In this document: piece by piece, positions 44,057 through 54,019 of the stretch | How the letters are laid out: every line of letters begins with the position of its first letter | Position numbering within the stretch: position 1 is the stretch's first letter | From: an uncultured Planctomycetaceae bacterium | Lineage (GTDB): Bacteria > Planctomycetota > Planctomycetia > Planctomycetales > Planctomycetaceae | DNA length: 64,000 bases | Assembly (NCBI GenBank): GCA_963815195.1 | Contig: CAWFGE010000015.1 | Coordinates: forward strand, 64,001 to 128,000 | Direction of reading: 5' to 3' | Translations under genes and position numbers: made by a program | The notes under the pieces: model-generated | The model's input: only the letters and a program-made list of their open reading frames with translations | Database searches by the model: none | Told to the model about the DNA's origin: nothing

Positions 44057-46528
44057 TTAATCCAAATAAAAAAACTCGTTCGTGTTGAGGGCTAACAGGC
44101 AAAAGTATTTAAGCGCCTCCTCGTCGTTGAGGCCGTGTTTCTCTTTCAGTTTCTTCATCAAGTCCCGGCCGCGCTCGATGTCTGTTTTGGTTGCAGGGCG
44201 GCAGGTCGTCAGGCGGACGGCGAGGGCGATTTGGTCGGCGGGGTTCTGGCCGGCTTCTTTTTTGAGGCGGTCGGCGAACACGGCGGCCTGGGCGTTCGCG
44301 AAATCGCCGTTGAGCATCCCCAATGCCTGCGTGGGCTGCGTCGTGCTGAACCGCACCGGGCAACTGCTGTCGGTGTCGGCCTGGTCGAAATCCTCCAAGA
44401 GCGGCGTGAGCAGCGACCGCTTGACGTGGATGTAAACGCTCCGGCGGGCTTGCTCTTCGGGCGAGCTTTTGCCCCAGCCCGCTCCCGGCCGCGATTGGCC
44501 AGCGAGGACTTCCTGGGAAATCGTGGGATAGATGCTGGGGCCGAACATCTTCGGATTGAGGACGCCCGTGACCGCGTGGATCGAATCGCGGATTTCCTCC
44601 GCCGAGAGCCTCCGCATATCGAACCGCCAGAACAAATTGTTCGCCGGGTCTGTTTTGAGCGCGGCCTCGTTGCCGGCGGACGACATGCGATAAGCATTCG
44701 ACATCATAATGAGCTTATGCAGCGGTTTCAGCCGCCAGCCGCCTGCGATCAGCTGCCGGGCCAGCCAATCTAATAAAAGCGGATGCGTGGGCGGTTCGCC
44801 GAGCTGCCCGAAGTTGTTGGGCGAGCGGACGATGCCCCGGCCGAAGTGATACTGCCAAACGCGGTTGGCCATCACGCGGGCGGTGAGCAGGTTGTCGGGC
44901 GAGGCGATCCAATTCGCGAGGACCAGCCGCCGGCCCGACGAGCGGGCTCCTTCTTTTCGTTCGGGAATGACCGGCTTGGGCGAGGAAAAGATCGCGGGAA
45001 ACCGCGGTTCGACTTTTTCCCCCTTCGATGTGGGGTTGCCCCTTTGGAGGATAAACGTCTCCGGCGGCTGGACGTGGATTTTCGCCACACTGAGGGCCGA
45101 CTTCCGCGGCGGGAGTTTTCCGTACGCCGCTTCAACTTTGCCCCGTTGTTCCCGCAGAGTGGTGTATTCGGTCCATTGCTCCTCATCGAGGTAATTGCGG
45201 AGTTTCTCACGCAACACCCTTTCGCGCTGCCGGCCTTCGGTTTTGCGCTGATCTTCGCCGGGCATTTTGACGATGCCGATTTGCTCGATGTCCCGCATCT
45301 GAGCGGCGAGTTCGTTTTTTTGTTTGTCGAGAGCCTGATATTGGGCGGCGACTTCGGGCGGCGTGATGTCGGTCTGGTTGTTGCTCGTTTGATTGCCCCG
45401 CGTGCCATAGGGCGTCAGTCCGTGGAAGAACGCCAGCATCGAATAGTAGTCGGCCTGCGGGATGGGATCGATCTTGTGGTCGTGGCAGCGGGCACAGTTG
45501 ACCGTCAGCCCCAGAAACACCTGCGAGGTCGTGGTGATGATATCGTCATATTCGTTATACACCGCGAGCAGCGGGTCGGCGGGCTCATCATCCCAGAGGC
45601 CCAGCCGATAGTAGCCCGTGGCGATGATCGAATCCGCCGTCACTTCAGGCAGTTCATCGCCGGCGAGCTGCTCGCGGACAAATTGGTCGTAAGGCTTGTC
45701 GGCATTGAACGAGCGGATGACGTAATCCCGATACCGAAAGGCATTGGGTTTGACGCCGTCACGCTCGAAGCTGTTGGTCTCGGCGAACCGCACCAAATCC
45801 AACCAATGCCGGCCCCACTGCTCGCCATAGTGCGGCGATTCCAACAGATCATCGATCAGCTTTTCGTAAGCCTCGGGGGATTTGTCGCTGACGAAGGCAT
45901 CGACCTGAGCCGGCGTGGGCGGCAAGCCGGTGAGGTCGTAATACGCCCGGCGGATGAGGGCGATCTTGTCCGCAGGCGGGGCAGGCTTGAGTTGGTTCTC
46001 TTCCAGACGATGCAGGATGAAGGCATCGATTGGATTCGCCACCCAGGCTTTATTTTGGACTTCGGGCGGCTCGGGGGCTTTCATCGGCTGAAAGGCCCAA
46101 TGGGTTTCCCACTTCGCGCCCTGGGCGATCCAGCGCTTGAAGGTTTCGATTTCTTCCTTGGAGAGCGGTTTGCCTTCGGGGGGCATCCGCAGGGATTCAT
46201 CGGTTTCGCTGATGCGGGTGATGAGTTCGCTTTTGTCCGGTTTGCCGGGCACGATCGCATAGAGGCCGGAATCCGCCTCGGCGAAGGCGGTCTTTTGGCT
46301 GTTTAATCGCAGGCTGGACTCGGCTTTGTCGGGGCCGTGGCAGTGAAAACATCGCTTCGCCAACACCGGACGAATGTCGCGGCCGAAGTCCACCGGCTCT
46401 TGGGAGGCTTTGGTGGTTTCCGGTTTGGCGGGCTCGGCTGCGTGGGGAGCCTTCCCCAACAGCAGGAAAGCGACCGCCACACCGCCCAACACAACCAAAC
46501 CGATCCGGAATTTTGGGGCAAGCATCAA
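44057..46528 (-). CDS. Planctomycete cytochrome c / DUF1549 / DUF1553 (PSD1) protein
   Basis: CFHCHG, HWAF, NPIDAFI, YGEQWGRHWLD, CARCHDHK, NRVWQYHFGRGIV, PTHPLLLDWLA, PTQAL. Confidence 0.95.
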   Translation of the reverse strand: MMLAPKFRIGLVVLGGVAVAFLLLGKAPHAAEPAKPETTKASQEPVDFGRDIRPVLAKRCFHCHGPDKAESSLRLNSQKTAFAEADSGLYAIVPGKPDKSELITRISETDESLRMPPEGKPLSKEEIETFKRWIAQGAKWETHWAFQPMKAPEPPEVQNKAWVANPIDAFILHRLEENQLKPAPPADKIALIRRAYYDLTGLPPTPAQVDAFVSDKSPEAYEKLIDDLLESPHYGEQWGRHWLDLVRFAETNSFERDGVKPNAFRYRDYVIRSFNADKPYDQFVREQLAGDELPEVTADSIIATGYYRLGLWDDEPADPLLAVYNEYDDIITTTSQVFLGLTVNCARCHDHKIDPIPQADYYSMLAFFHGLTPYGTRGNQTSNNQTDITPPEVAAQYQALDKQKNELAAQMRDIEQIGIVKMPGEDQRKTEGRQRERVLREKLRNYLDEEQWTEYTTLREQRGKVEAAYGKLPPRKSALSVAKIHVQPPETFILQRGNPTSKGEKVEPRFPAIFSSPKPVIPERKEGARSSGRRLVLANWIASPDNLLTARVMANRVWQYHFGRGIVRSPNNFGQLGEPPTHPLLLDWLARQLIAGGWRLKPLHKLIMMSNAYRMSSAGNEAALKTDPANNLFWRFDMRRLSAEEIRDSIHAVTGVLNPKMFGPSIYPTISQEVLAGQSRPGAGWGKSSPEEQARRSVYIHVKRSLLTPLLEDFDQADTDSSCPVRFSTTQPTQALGMLNGDFANAQAAVFADRLKKEAGQNPADQIALAVRLTTCRPATKTDIERGRDLMKKLKEKHGLNDEEALKYFCLLALNTNEFFYLD

Positions 46529-46652
46529 AGAATGTCCTTGTTGCGCTGATTTAAATCAAAACTTCATTATCGCTTCTGAGAAGAGGCACACAAGGGTAAT
46601 CGGAGAAACCGCGGCCATCGACCGGAACGCACTCGCGTCCGCTTCTCCCGCG

Positions 46653-46738
46653 AACCGGGGCTCGCGGCCAGCGGCTAATAATTGTGACAACGATTCCTCG
46701 AGTGATCGTCACCAGCCGGCTTACACCGGCCGCTCGCC
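46653..46738. repeat. Adjacent REP-like repeats of two families, downstream of holB
   Basis: AACCGGGGCTCGCGGCCAGCGGCTAAT at 46653-46679. CAGCCGGCTTACACCGGCCGCTCGCC at 46713-46738 is the exact reverse complement of 53787-53812. Confidence 0.75.
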
Positions 46739-46740
46739 TT

Positions 46741-47808
46741 TTAAGCATTGGCGGTTTGGCGGAGGGAACGGCCCAGGTCGTCGAACAGGCACTCGAACAC
46801 CATCTGGGCAGGGGCGTTGCGTGCCGTCTGATGCTCGGCCAGCACGCAGCGGTCCAGGCAGGCCATCACCAGTTCCAGGTCTTCGCACAAACCGGGATCG
46901 AACCGCTCCGCGAAGCGGGCGACTTGCGGGATGGGCGAAGTCTTATCCTGGCCGGTGAGAACGAGCAGCGCCCTGCGGAAAAACTCCATTGCAAATCGGA
47001 TCAGCCAGCCGGCGTTGCGGCGCTTCTGGTGCGAATCGCCGCCGAGTTCGTCCAGGCCTTCCAAAAGCGTTTTGGAAAGTTCGAAGGAACGAGACCCTGA
47101 ACCAGCGAGACCGTTGAATAGTGCTTCGCGAAGCTGGCGGATTTCCGGATCGAGCAACTGCTTCGCCAAGGTCAAGCTGCCTTCGGAAAGGGCCGCGACC
47201 GCCTCGGCTTCCTGGGGATTGGCGATGAGATGTTGCTCCACAAGCAACTCCGCCACGGTGTCGTCCGTCAACGGCGAAAACCGCACCGCCTGGCAGCGGG
47301 ATCGAATCGTGGGGAGCAGCGCTTCCGCTTGCGGAGCCAGCAAAAACAGCGTCGCGAACGAGGGCGGTTCTTCCAGAGTTTTGAGAAGCGCGTTCGCGCT
47401 CTCGGCGTTCATGAGGTGGGCGTCATCGATGATCGCAATTCGCCGCTTCGCCGCCATCGGGCGGAGCGTGATGTCGTAACACAACCCCTCCCGGCCCCGG
47501 TGCTCCTTCGAGCCGGCGATCAGTTCGATCGGAAAGATATTCTTGCCTTCCGGACAGCCGACGATGAGCAAATCGGGATGCGAGTCGGCCGCGATTTGCC
47601 GGCATGCGGAGCATCGCCCGCAGGCTTCGAGTTCCTCATCGGGATATTCTTCACAGAACAGACATTGGGCCAGCGTCTTGACGAACAGCCGTTTGCCGAT
47701 GCCTTCCGGCCCTAATAGCAGATAGGCTTGGGAGAACCGGCCCGCACGAATCGACTGCCGAAACATCTCCACCTGCGTCTGATGTCCGCGAACCCGGTTC
47801 CAAATCAT
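46741..47808 (-). CDS. holB: DNA polymerase III subunit delta'
   Basis: GPEGIGK, Zn motif C...CGRCSAC, HPD, ANALLKTLEEP, LLPTIRSRC. Confidence 0.93.
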   Translation of the reverse strand: MIWNRVRGHQTQVEMFRQSIRAGRFSQAYLLLGPEGIGKRLFVKTLAQCLFCEEYPDEELEACGRCSACRQIAADSHPDLLIVGCPEGKNIFPIELIAGSKEHRGREGLCYDITLRPMAAKRRIAIIDDAHLMNAESANALLKTLEEPPSFATLFLLAPQAEALLPTIRSRCQAVRFSPLTDDTVAELLVEQHLIANPQEAEAVAALSEGSLTLAKQLLDPEIRQLREALFNGLAGSGSRSFELSKTLLEGLDELGGDSHQKRRNAGWLIRFAMEFFRRALLVLTGQDKTSPIPQVARFAERFDPGLCEDLELVMACLDRCVLAEHQTARNAPAQMVFECLFDDLGRSLRQTANA

Positions 47809-47842
47809 TGTGTGCTCGTCGTAAGGGTGTCTGTCTCGGAAA

Positions 47843-48109
47843 TCAAAGGGACGAAGGGGCGGGTTCGAGCCAGGCCAACGTGTCGCCGGGCAGCACCGCG
47901 CTGTTGGTGGGGCGTTCGATTTTAACGAGCCGGCCGGCGGCCGGGGAAGCCACGCTGAAAGACACGCCGGGGATGAGCACATCCACGAGGCGTTCGCCGA
48001 TTTCGACGGATTCGTCCACATCGACGAGCCAGGTGCTGACGCGGATGGTTTCGCTGCCGGCGCCCAGTTCGGGCAGGAGGATCGGAATGCTGACAGGATC
48101 CTGGGCCAC
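47843..48109 (-). CDS. Stand-alone biotinyl/lipoyl-like domain lacking the modified lysine
   Basis: LPELG...VSTWLVDVDESVEIGERLVDV...SVASPAAGRL...GDTLA matches the lipoyl fold. IPG replaces the usual TDK. Confidence 0.8.
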   Translation of the reverse strand: MAQDPVSIPILLPELGAGSETIRVSTWLVDVDESVEIGERLVDVLIPGVSFSVASPAAGRLVKIERPTNSAVLPGDTLAWLEPAPSSL

Positions 48110-48370
48110 GGGTTGATGTTCCGGAAAATCTGCGGGGATGTAATTCAGAACGACATCATCTCATGTTACCAGATTGCCGGGCGGGGTGCCGGTGTTCGTC
48201 CCGAAACCAATCGGTCGCGCCGAAAGCGGAAAGAACGGAACTCCCGCGGCTCCGGCGGCGTCTGTTACGGTGCCGTTACGAAACCTGACCGAGTCCCGGT
48301 TAAACTGGTGCATGCCGGCGGTTCATTGAAATCGTGCCCGGGCGTGGCGTTTCATTTTGAGGAGAACGTG

Positions 48371-49432
48371 ATGCAATTCAAACCGTGGAACATCGTTTTG
48401 CTGGGCTGTTGCGGAATGCTGCTTGCGTCGGCGTCGGCGTTTGCGGAGGAACCCGACTGGAAGCTGCGGGTCGACTTGGTGGACGGATCGCGGGTGATCG
48501 GGGCGACGTCCAATACCTCGCTGAAGCTGGACGTGGGCTTCGATGAATTGACGATTCCCCTGGATCGCCTCCGCCGGGTTGAGCAGGGCGAAAAGCCGAA
48601 GACCATGCGGGTGGAACTCAACAACGGCGACATTTTGACGGGGAAATGGCTGGGCGAGCCGCTCAATTTGGAGACCATCTTCGGACCGGTGAAGATCAAA
48701 ACGGAGCAAGTGATTTCGATCGACGTGGTGCCCAACGAGGACCTGGGCTGGCTGCCCACGGAAAAAGGCCTGATGCTGTATTACGCCCTCGACGACGGCG
48801 AGCGGGCGACCAACCACGCGATGGACAAGCACCACGGCCAATGCACGAACGTCAAATGGTTGGAAAAAGGCCGCCGGGGCGGGGCGTTCGAGTTCGACGG
48901 CAGCGGGCGGATCACGGTCGCCCACCACGCGGATCTCTGCCCCGAGCAGTTTACGATGGCCGCGTGGATTTATCCCATCGGCGAAACGTCGAACTATCAG
49001 GTGGTCTGGGCGAAAACGACGCCCGGCGGATGGTCGCCCGGCTATGGTTTGGTCCGGCTGTCGGGGGACGCGAAGCATCTGTATTTCTTCGTCAACAACT
49101 ACTCGGGTTCCGCGGTGAAAGCCGAGATCCCCCACGACAAATGGTCCCATGTCGCCGGCGTGTTTGACGGCTCGACCTTGAGCTTTTACCTTGATGGAAA
49201 AATGGTGGAATCAAAAAACCTGCGGGCGGCCGGCGGCCAACCGGCCGAGACTCCCCTCATCACCCATACGCAGACGCCGCTGACTTTTGGCGGCGACGGG
49301 AACAACTATTACGGGTGGACAGGCAAGCTCGACGAGATCGCGTTTTATAACCGCCCCCTCGACGCGCGAGAAATCCGCCGGCTCTACGAAACCGCCCCCC
49401 GCGAACTCCTGCCCCGTTCGTCTAATGAGTAG
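48371..49432 (+). CDS. Secreted LamG/concanavalin A-like domain protein
   Basis: Signal peptide, repeated V-L-DG..GxL segments, FTMAAWI, WSHVAGVFDG, YLDG, GKLDEIAFYNRPL. Confidence 0.88.
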   Translation: MQFKPWNIVLLGCCGMLLASASAFAEEPDWKLRVDLVDGSRVIGATSNTSLKLDVGFDELTIPLDRLRRVEQGEKPKTMRVELNNGDILTGKWLGEPLNLETIFGPVKIKTEQVISIDVVPNEDLGWLPTEKGLMLYYALDDGERATNHAMDKHHGQCTNVKWLEKGRRGGAFEFDGSGRITVAHHADLCPEQFTMAAWIYPIGETSNYQVVWAKTTPGGWSPGYGLVRLSGDAKHLYFFVNNYSGSAVKAEIPHDKWSHVAGVFDGSTLSFYLDGKMVESKNLRAAGGQPAETPLITHTQTPLTFGGDGNNYYGWTGKLDEIAFYNRPLDAREIRRLYETAPRELLPRSSNE

Positions 49433-49482
49433 GACTCCGGACTCATAATCCGGGAATGGAGGTGCAATTCCTCCACGGGGCC
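49411..49482 (+). tRNA. Atypical tRNA-like cloverleaf with anticodon CAT (Met/Ile2-type), overlapping the LamG stop codon
   Basis: Acceptor GCCCCGT/ACGGGGC; D-stem GTCT/GGAC; anticodon stem CCGGA/TCCGG with loop CTCATAA; 4-nt variable loop; T-stem GGAGG/CCTCC with loop TGCAATT; no encoded CCA. Confidence 0.8.
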
Positions 49483-49534
49483 GTTTGGAAGAAACCTGCC
49501 CGACGGGGCAGCGACTTCGAGGCGCAATGAACCA

Positions 49535-50161
49535 TCAGCGGCGTTCGTTCTGGTAGATTTCGCGGATGAGTTCTTCCGTGGATTTGAACTTCTTCTTGCT
49601 GCCCTCGGTCGCGGTTTCGATTTTCTGCCGGGCGTCGCTCGGCGAATGGCCCAACGCGATCAAAGCTTCATAAGTATCGTCGAGCACGCTGCGGTCGGTG
49701 CGATCGTCGGCGGGAACTTCCTTGGCCACCAGGAGCGCAAAGCGGGCCATCTTCCGGCGGAGCTTGGCGACGATCCGCTCGGCGACGGCCGCTCCGACGC
49801 CGGGCAGCGTGGTGAGTTGCTTCACGTCCTGCTCTTCGATCGCGGTCGCGACTTCGCGGACGGGCCGGACCATCGCCCTGAGCGCCTTCTTCACCCCCAC
49901 GCCGTCCACCGAGCAGACCAGCTCGAAAAACTCCCGCTCGGCATCGCTCAGAAACCCCACCAGTCGCGGCGTCAATCGGCCCTGCTGCGGGTTGCCTTCG
50001 AGATACTCGATGGTCCGCAAACTCACATTTTGTCCGATCAGGCTTTGCATCTGCCGCCGGACAAACTCCGGCACAAACACCTGATATTCAAACGCCCCCA
50101 CTTCGAGAGCGGCTTCGTTTTCGTGGAGCGAAACCAGTTTGCCTGTGATTTTTGTGATCAA
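49535..50161 (-). CDS. ruvA: Holliday junction branch migration protein RuvA (TTG start)
   Basis: ITKITG, LVGF...[39 protein letters not shown]. Confidence 0.93.
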   Translation of the reverse strand: MITKITGKLVSLHENEAALEVGAFEYQVFVPEFVRRQMQSLIGQNVSLRTIEYLEGNPQQGRLTPRLVGFLSDAEREFFELVCSVDGVGVKKALRAMVRPVREVATAIEEQDVKQLTTLPGVGAAVAERIVAKLRRKMARFALLVAKEVPADDRTDRSVLDDTYEALIALGHSPSDARQKIETATEGSKKKFKSTEELIREIYQNERR

Positions 50162-50522
50162 AGTTCTGTCTCGGTTCTGGATGATCCATTTTCGATGATT
50201 CGCCGCCGTTCGCGGTGGATGATTATGACGCAACGGCCCGAACGCCCGCAAGATCGATGCAAGCCGAGCCGTTCAGCGAGGGTGGGTCTCGCAAAAGTAC
50301 TGGATAATCTTTTGCCCTATTTTCAAGCGGATTGGGTGCCACCCGTGCCACCCGTGCCCTGTGGCTTACAGTCTGAGATTCGGGATTCTTGAAAATCTTT
50401 TGGCCCGGTTTGCGAGCGAGGGAAAAAAGTCGGCAAAAGTCTAGCAGGAACTTTCGCATCGTATGGTATCATCATCCCTGGCAATCTTTTGGACCAGGGC
50501 CACATTGGGCGGGATCACCTCG

Positions 50523-53500
50523 ATGAGCACGATCAAAGCGGATTCGGCAAAGGCTGACGAGCAAGGGCCGGAGTCTTTGGGATTCGGCCGGCGGCTGGCC
50601 CGGCGGTTGGTGGGGCTTTATTACGGTCGGATCGAAGTCAAGGACGCCGACCGCGTCCCGCAAACCGGTCCCGTGCTGTTTTGCGCGAACCACGCCAACT
50701 CGCTGCTCGATCCGGTGCTCGTGGGGATCGCGGCCCGGCGGCCGGTGCGGTTCATGGCGAAGGCGCCGCTGTTCGATTCCCCGGTGCTGGGGCCGCCCAT
50801 GCGGGCGCTCGGCATGATCCCCGCGTTTCGCGGCCAGGACGACCCGTCGCAAGTCCGCCGAAATCTGGAAAGCCTGGATGTCGGGGCGAAAGTTCTCATC
50901 GAAGGCTCCGCGATGGGCATCTTCCCCGAAGGCCGGTCCCACGATTTCAACACCGTGGAGATGATCCGCTCCGGGGCAGCGCGGATGGCGCTCGACGCCG
51001 TCGCCGGCGGCGCCAAGGGGCTTCAAGTCGTGCCGGTGGGAATCAACTACGAAAACAAAGAGCAATTCCGAAGCGCGGTGTGGATTCGCGTGGGCGAGCC
51101 GATCGACGTGGAACGCTGCCTCGCCGACAACGAAGGCAACGAACGCAAAGCCCGCCGCGACCTGACGCTGCGGTTGGAGCAAGGCCTCAAGCAGGTGGTG
51201 ATCCATCTGGACGATCCGCAGTGGCAGCCGTTCTTGGAGGATCTCGAAGTCCTCGTGCCCCGCGATCCGAACGCGAAACGCGAAACCGTCTATCCGCTCA
51301 AGCAGCGGAAGTGGCTGGCCGACGCCATGAACCACTTCCAGCGGGAGGGCAATCCGCAGTCGCAGGAGACCGCCGCGGCCATTCGCGAGTACCGGGAGCA
51401 CGTGCACGGCGCGGGCCTGGAAGTCCATTCCCCGGTGCTCCAGTCGTCGGGCTGGCGGATGGTGCTCACGCTGGTTTGGCAAAGCCTGTGGATGCTGCTG
51501 TTGATGCTGCCCGCGATCGTCGGGACGTTGTTTCATATCGTACCGTTTACCATCGTGCGGGCAATCGCCTCGCGGCTGCAACCGCCGGGCCGGACGACGG
51601 TTTCGTTTTACCGGCTCTGCGTGGGGCTGCCGGTGTATCTGTTGTGGTATGCCGCGGTGGGCTGGTGGCTGCTTTTTGACTTTCACGCAACGACCTGGTT
51701 CGCCGGCGTCTACCTGGGGGCGCTGCCGCTTCTGGGATTGCTTGCGCTGGGTTATTGGCGATCGCTCGAAGCCACGGCGGGGCTGTGGTGGCATCAATGT
51801 CGATTTCTGTTCAATCGCGACCGCCTGAACGAACTCCGCCGGGAGCGGCATCAACTCAGCCAGCGCGTTTCCGCGCTTGGCGACGAGTACCAGAAGATCT
51901 TGCCCCGCCCGGAAACGCCGCCCAAGGCGTCCCCTTTCGAAATCGCCCGCCGATTCGCACCGCACGCGGCCCTGCTCTTGGCGGCTTTGGCGATCTTGTG
52001 GTACGTCCCGCGGATGCTGATCGACCGGCCGCTGATCGCGCGGGAAGGGGGCTTTGACCTGGCGCCTTTATCCGAGAAAAAACTCCACGCCGAAATGCAG
52101 CGCGATGAAGAATCGCTTACATCCATCATTCAAGGCTTGGAGGAACTCGAGACGAAAGCCCACGAGGTCCACGCGGAGTTCGCGGCCGGCACGCGCAACT
52201 ACGACAACGAAGCCGACAACGACGCCGTCCGCCAACTGCTCTTGAGCTACATCAACTTCCGCTCGGCCCTCTTGCGGCTCGTGTGGAAATATCTCAACCA
52301 CGACCAGGTCCGAGCCGAAAAAGACCGGCTGCGGGCGTTTCTGATCGACTATACCGCGGCGACCGTGCTTTGCGAATCGTCGATGAAGTTCGTGCACAAC
52401 TTCAACCGCAGCGAAAAAACGATCGCCCGGCTGAACGAAGGCGAACCCGTGTGGGGCATCCCCGCGGGAATGTACGACACGGTGCAGCGAAACCTCGCCA
52501 GCGAATCGAGCATTCGCCAACTCGCCTTGGCCGGGGAATACTACGAGCGGATGGGGCCGCGGCTCGAGGAATTCGATTTGGGGGACGATTCCCGCTACGC
52601 CTCGTTCCACGCCGCCATCCGCCGGGCCGGCGGCACAATGAAAAAACTCGGCGGCCCGAGTTGGGCTCAGAAATTCGGCGTCGCCTCGAAAGACCTCGAG
52701 CGGCTGATCGCCGACGTCAAATACGAGACGCAATCGGCCGTCTCGACCTGGATCGGCGACGTGAAAATCAGCGAGCCGCGGGAAGGTGTGTCCCTGATCC
52801 CGGCGGAACAGCTCAATCGCTTAAAGCCGATGCTGAAGCCCGGCGATGTGCTCATCGAACGCCGCAACTGGTACGTCTCGAATGCGTTTCTCCCCGGCTA
52901 TTGGCCGCACGCGGCGCTCTATGTGGGATCGGCGGAGGATTTGAAAAACCTCGGGCTTGCGGACGATCCCTATGTGCAAAAGCATCTGGAGGAATTTCGC
53001 AAAACGCGACGAGGAAAACCACCCGCACGTCATCATCGAAGCCATGAGCGAAGGCGTCGTGTTTTCCTCGCTCGAGCATTCCATCGGCGGCGGGGACTCG
53101 GCCGCGGTGCTCCGGCCCCAACTCAGCGAGGAGGAAATCAAAAAGGCCATCACCCTCGCCTTCAGCCATGCCGGCAAACCGTACGATTTTGAGTTCGATT
53201 TCGACAGCCACGACAAACTCGTGTGCACCGAAGTGGTTTACCGGGCCTACGGGGCCAACCAGGGGCCTTTGCAGTTTCCGCTCAAAAAAATCCTCGGCCG
53301 AAGCACGATGCCCGCGATCGAGATCGTCCGCAAGTTCAAGGAGGAGCTCGGCGGCGACGAGGCCCAGTTCGAGCTGGTGGCCTTCATCGACGGGGATGAG
53401 CGGACCGGCGAAACCCGGTTCTCCACCGACTCGGCCGAGTTCGTGGCCACACTCGACCGCCCCGCGTTGACGTTGTTCCAAGACATCGCCCACGAACCGA

Positions 53501-53601
53501 TTCCCGGCTTCGGCCATTTGGGCTGGGGGCTCTTGGGAATGATCGTCGTCGTGACCTTGGGGAACCTCATCCATTACGCCAGAAAGCCGGCCCTTCCCTA
53601 A
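50523..53601 (+). CDS. Fusion of a PlsC-type acyltransferase, TM helices and a permuted NlpC/P60 (YiiX/YebB-like) domain; frameshift at ~52995-53004
   Basis: NHANSLLD and FPEG acyltransferase motifs; LKPGDVL, GYWPHAALYVG, and after the shift YDFEFD...LVCTEVVYRAY. Confidence 0.85.
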
Positions 53602-53786
53602 AACAGGCTTCACGCCAAGGCGCTCAGGCTGGGACTCGTTGCCTTTGGCTCCCAACTCGTCAACCGCAGCCGCCGGACGCAGATTTGGGATGCCCTCGCC
53701 CCGGTGACAGAGGATCTGGCGCTGACTTTCGCGGCGACGCCCGCGGATTTGGAATCGGCTCCGCCAAAATCGGTGCGCGGCGGACA

Positions 53787-53890
53787 GGCGAGCGGCCGGT
53801 GTAAGCCGGCTGATCTCGTCCGATCATGACGCGTATCTGAACTTGAAACCATCATGGGGCAGACGCCCGGGCAGACGCCCCACGCTCGCC
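53787..53890. repeat. Inverted doublet of GGCGAGCG-family REP-like units
   Basis: GGCGAGCGGCCGGTGTAAGCCGGCTG...ATCATGGGGCAGACGCCCGGGCAGACGCCCCACGCTCGCC, with an internal 12-bp duplication. Confidence 0.75.
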
Positions 53891-54019
53891 CCTCGAAAAC
53901 AACCTGCAGCCCGCGAGTTGATTCTTCCAGGGCCTTATTGCAACGCGAACCGGCCCCGACCTATACTCGATCCTGCAAAACAGAACGGACGAACCAACAA
54001 CACCGGCGGCGAGGAAGCC

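Noticed and set aside
50335..50360. GTGCCACCC tandem upstream of ruvA
   Set aside because: Too short and degenerate to call as a copy of the GGGTGGCAC element.
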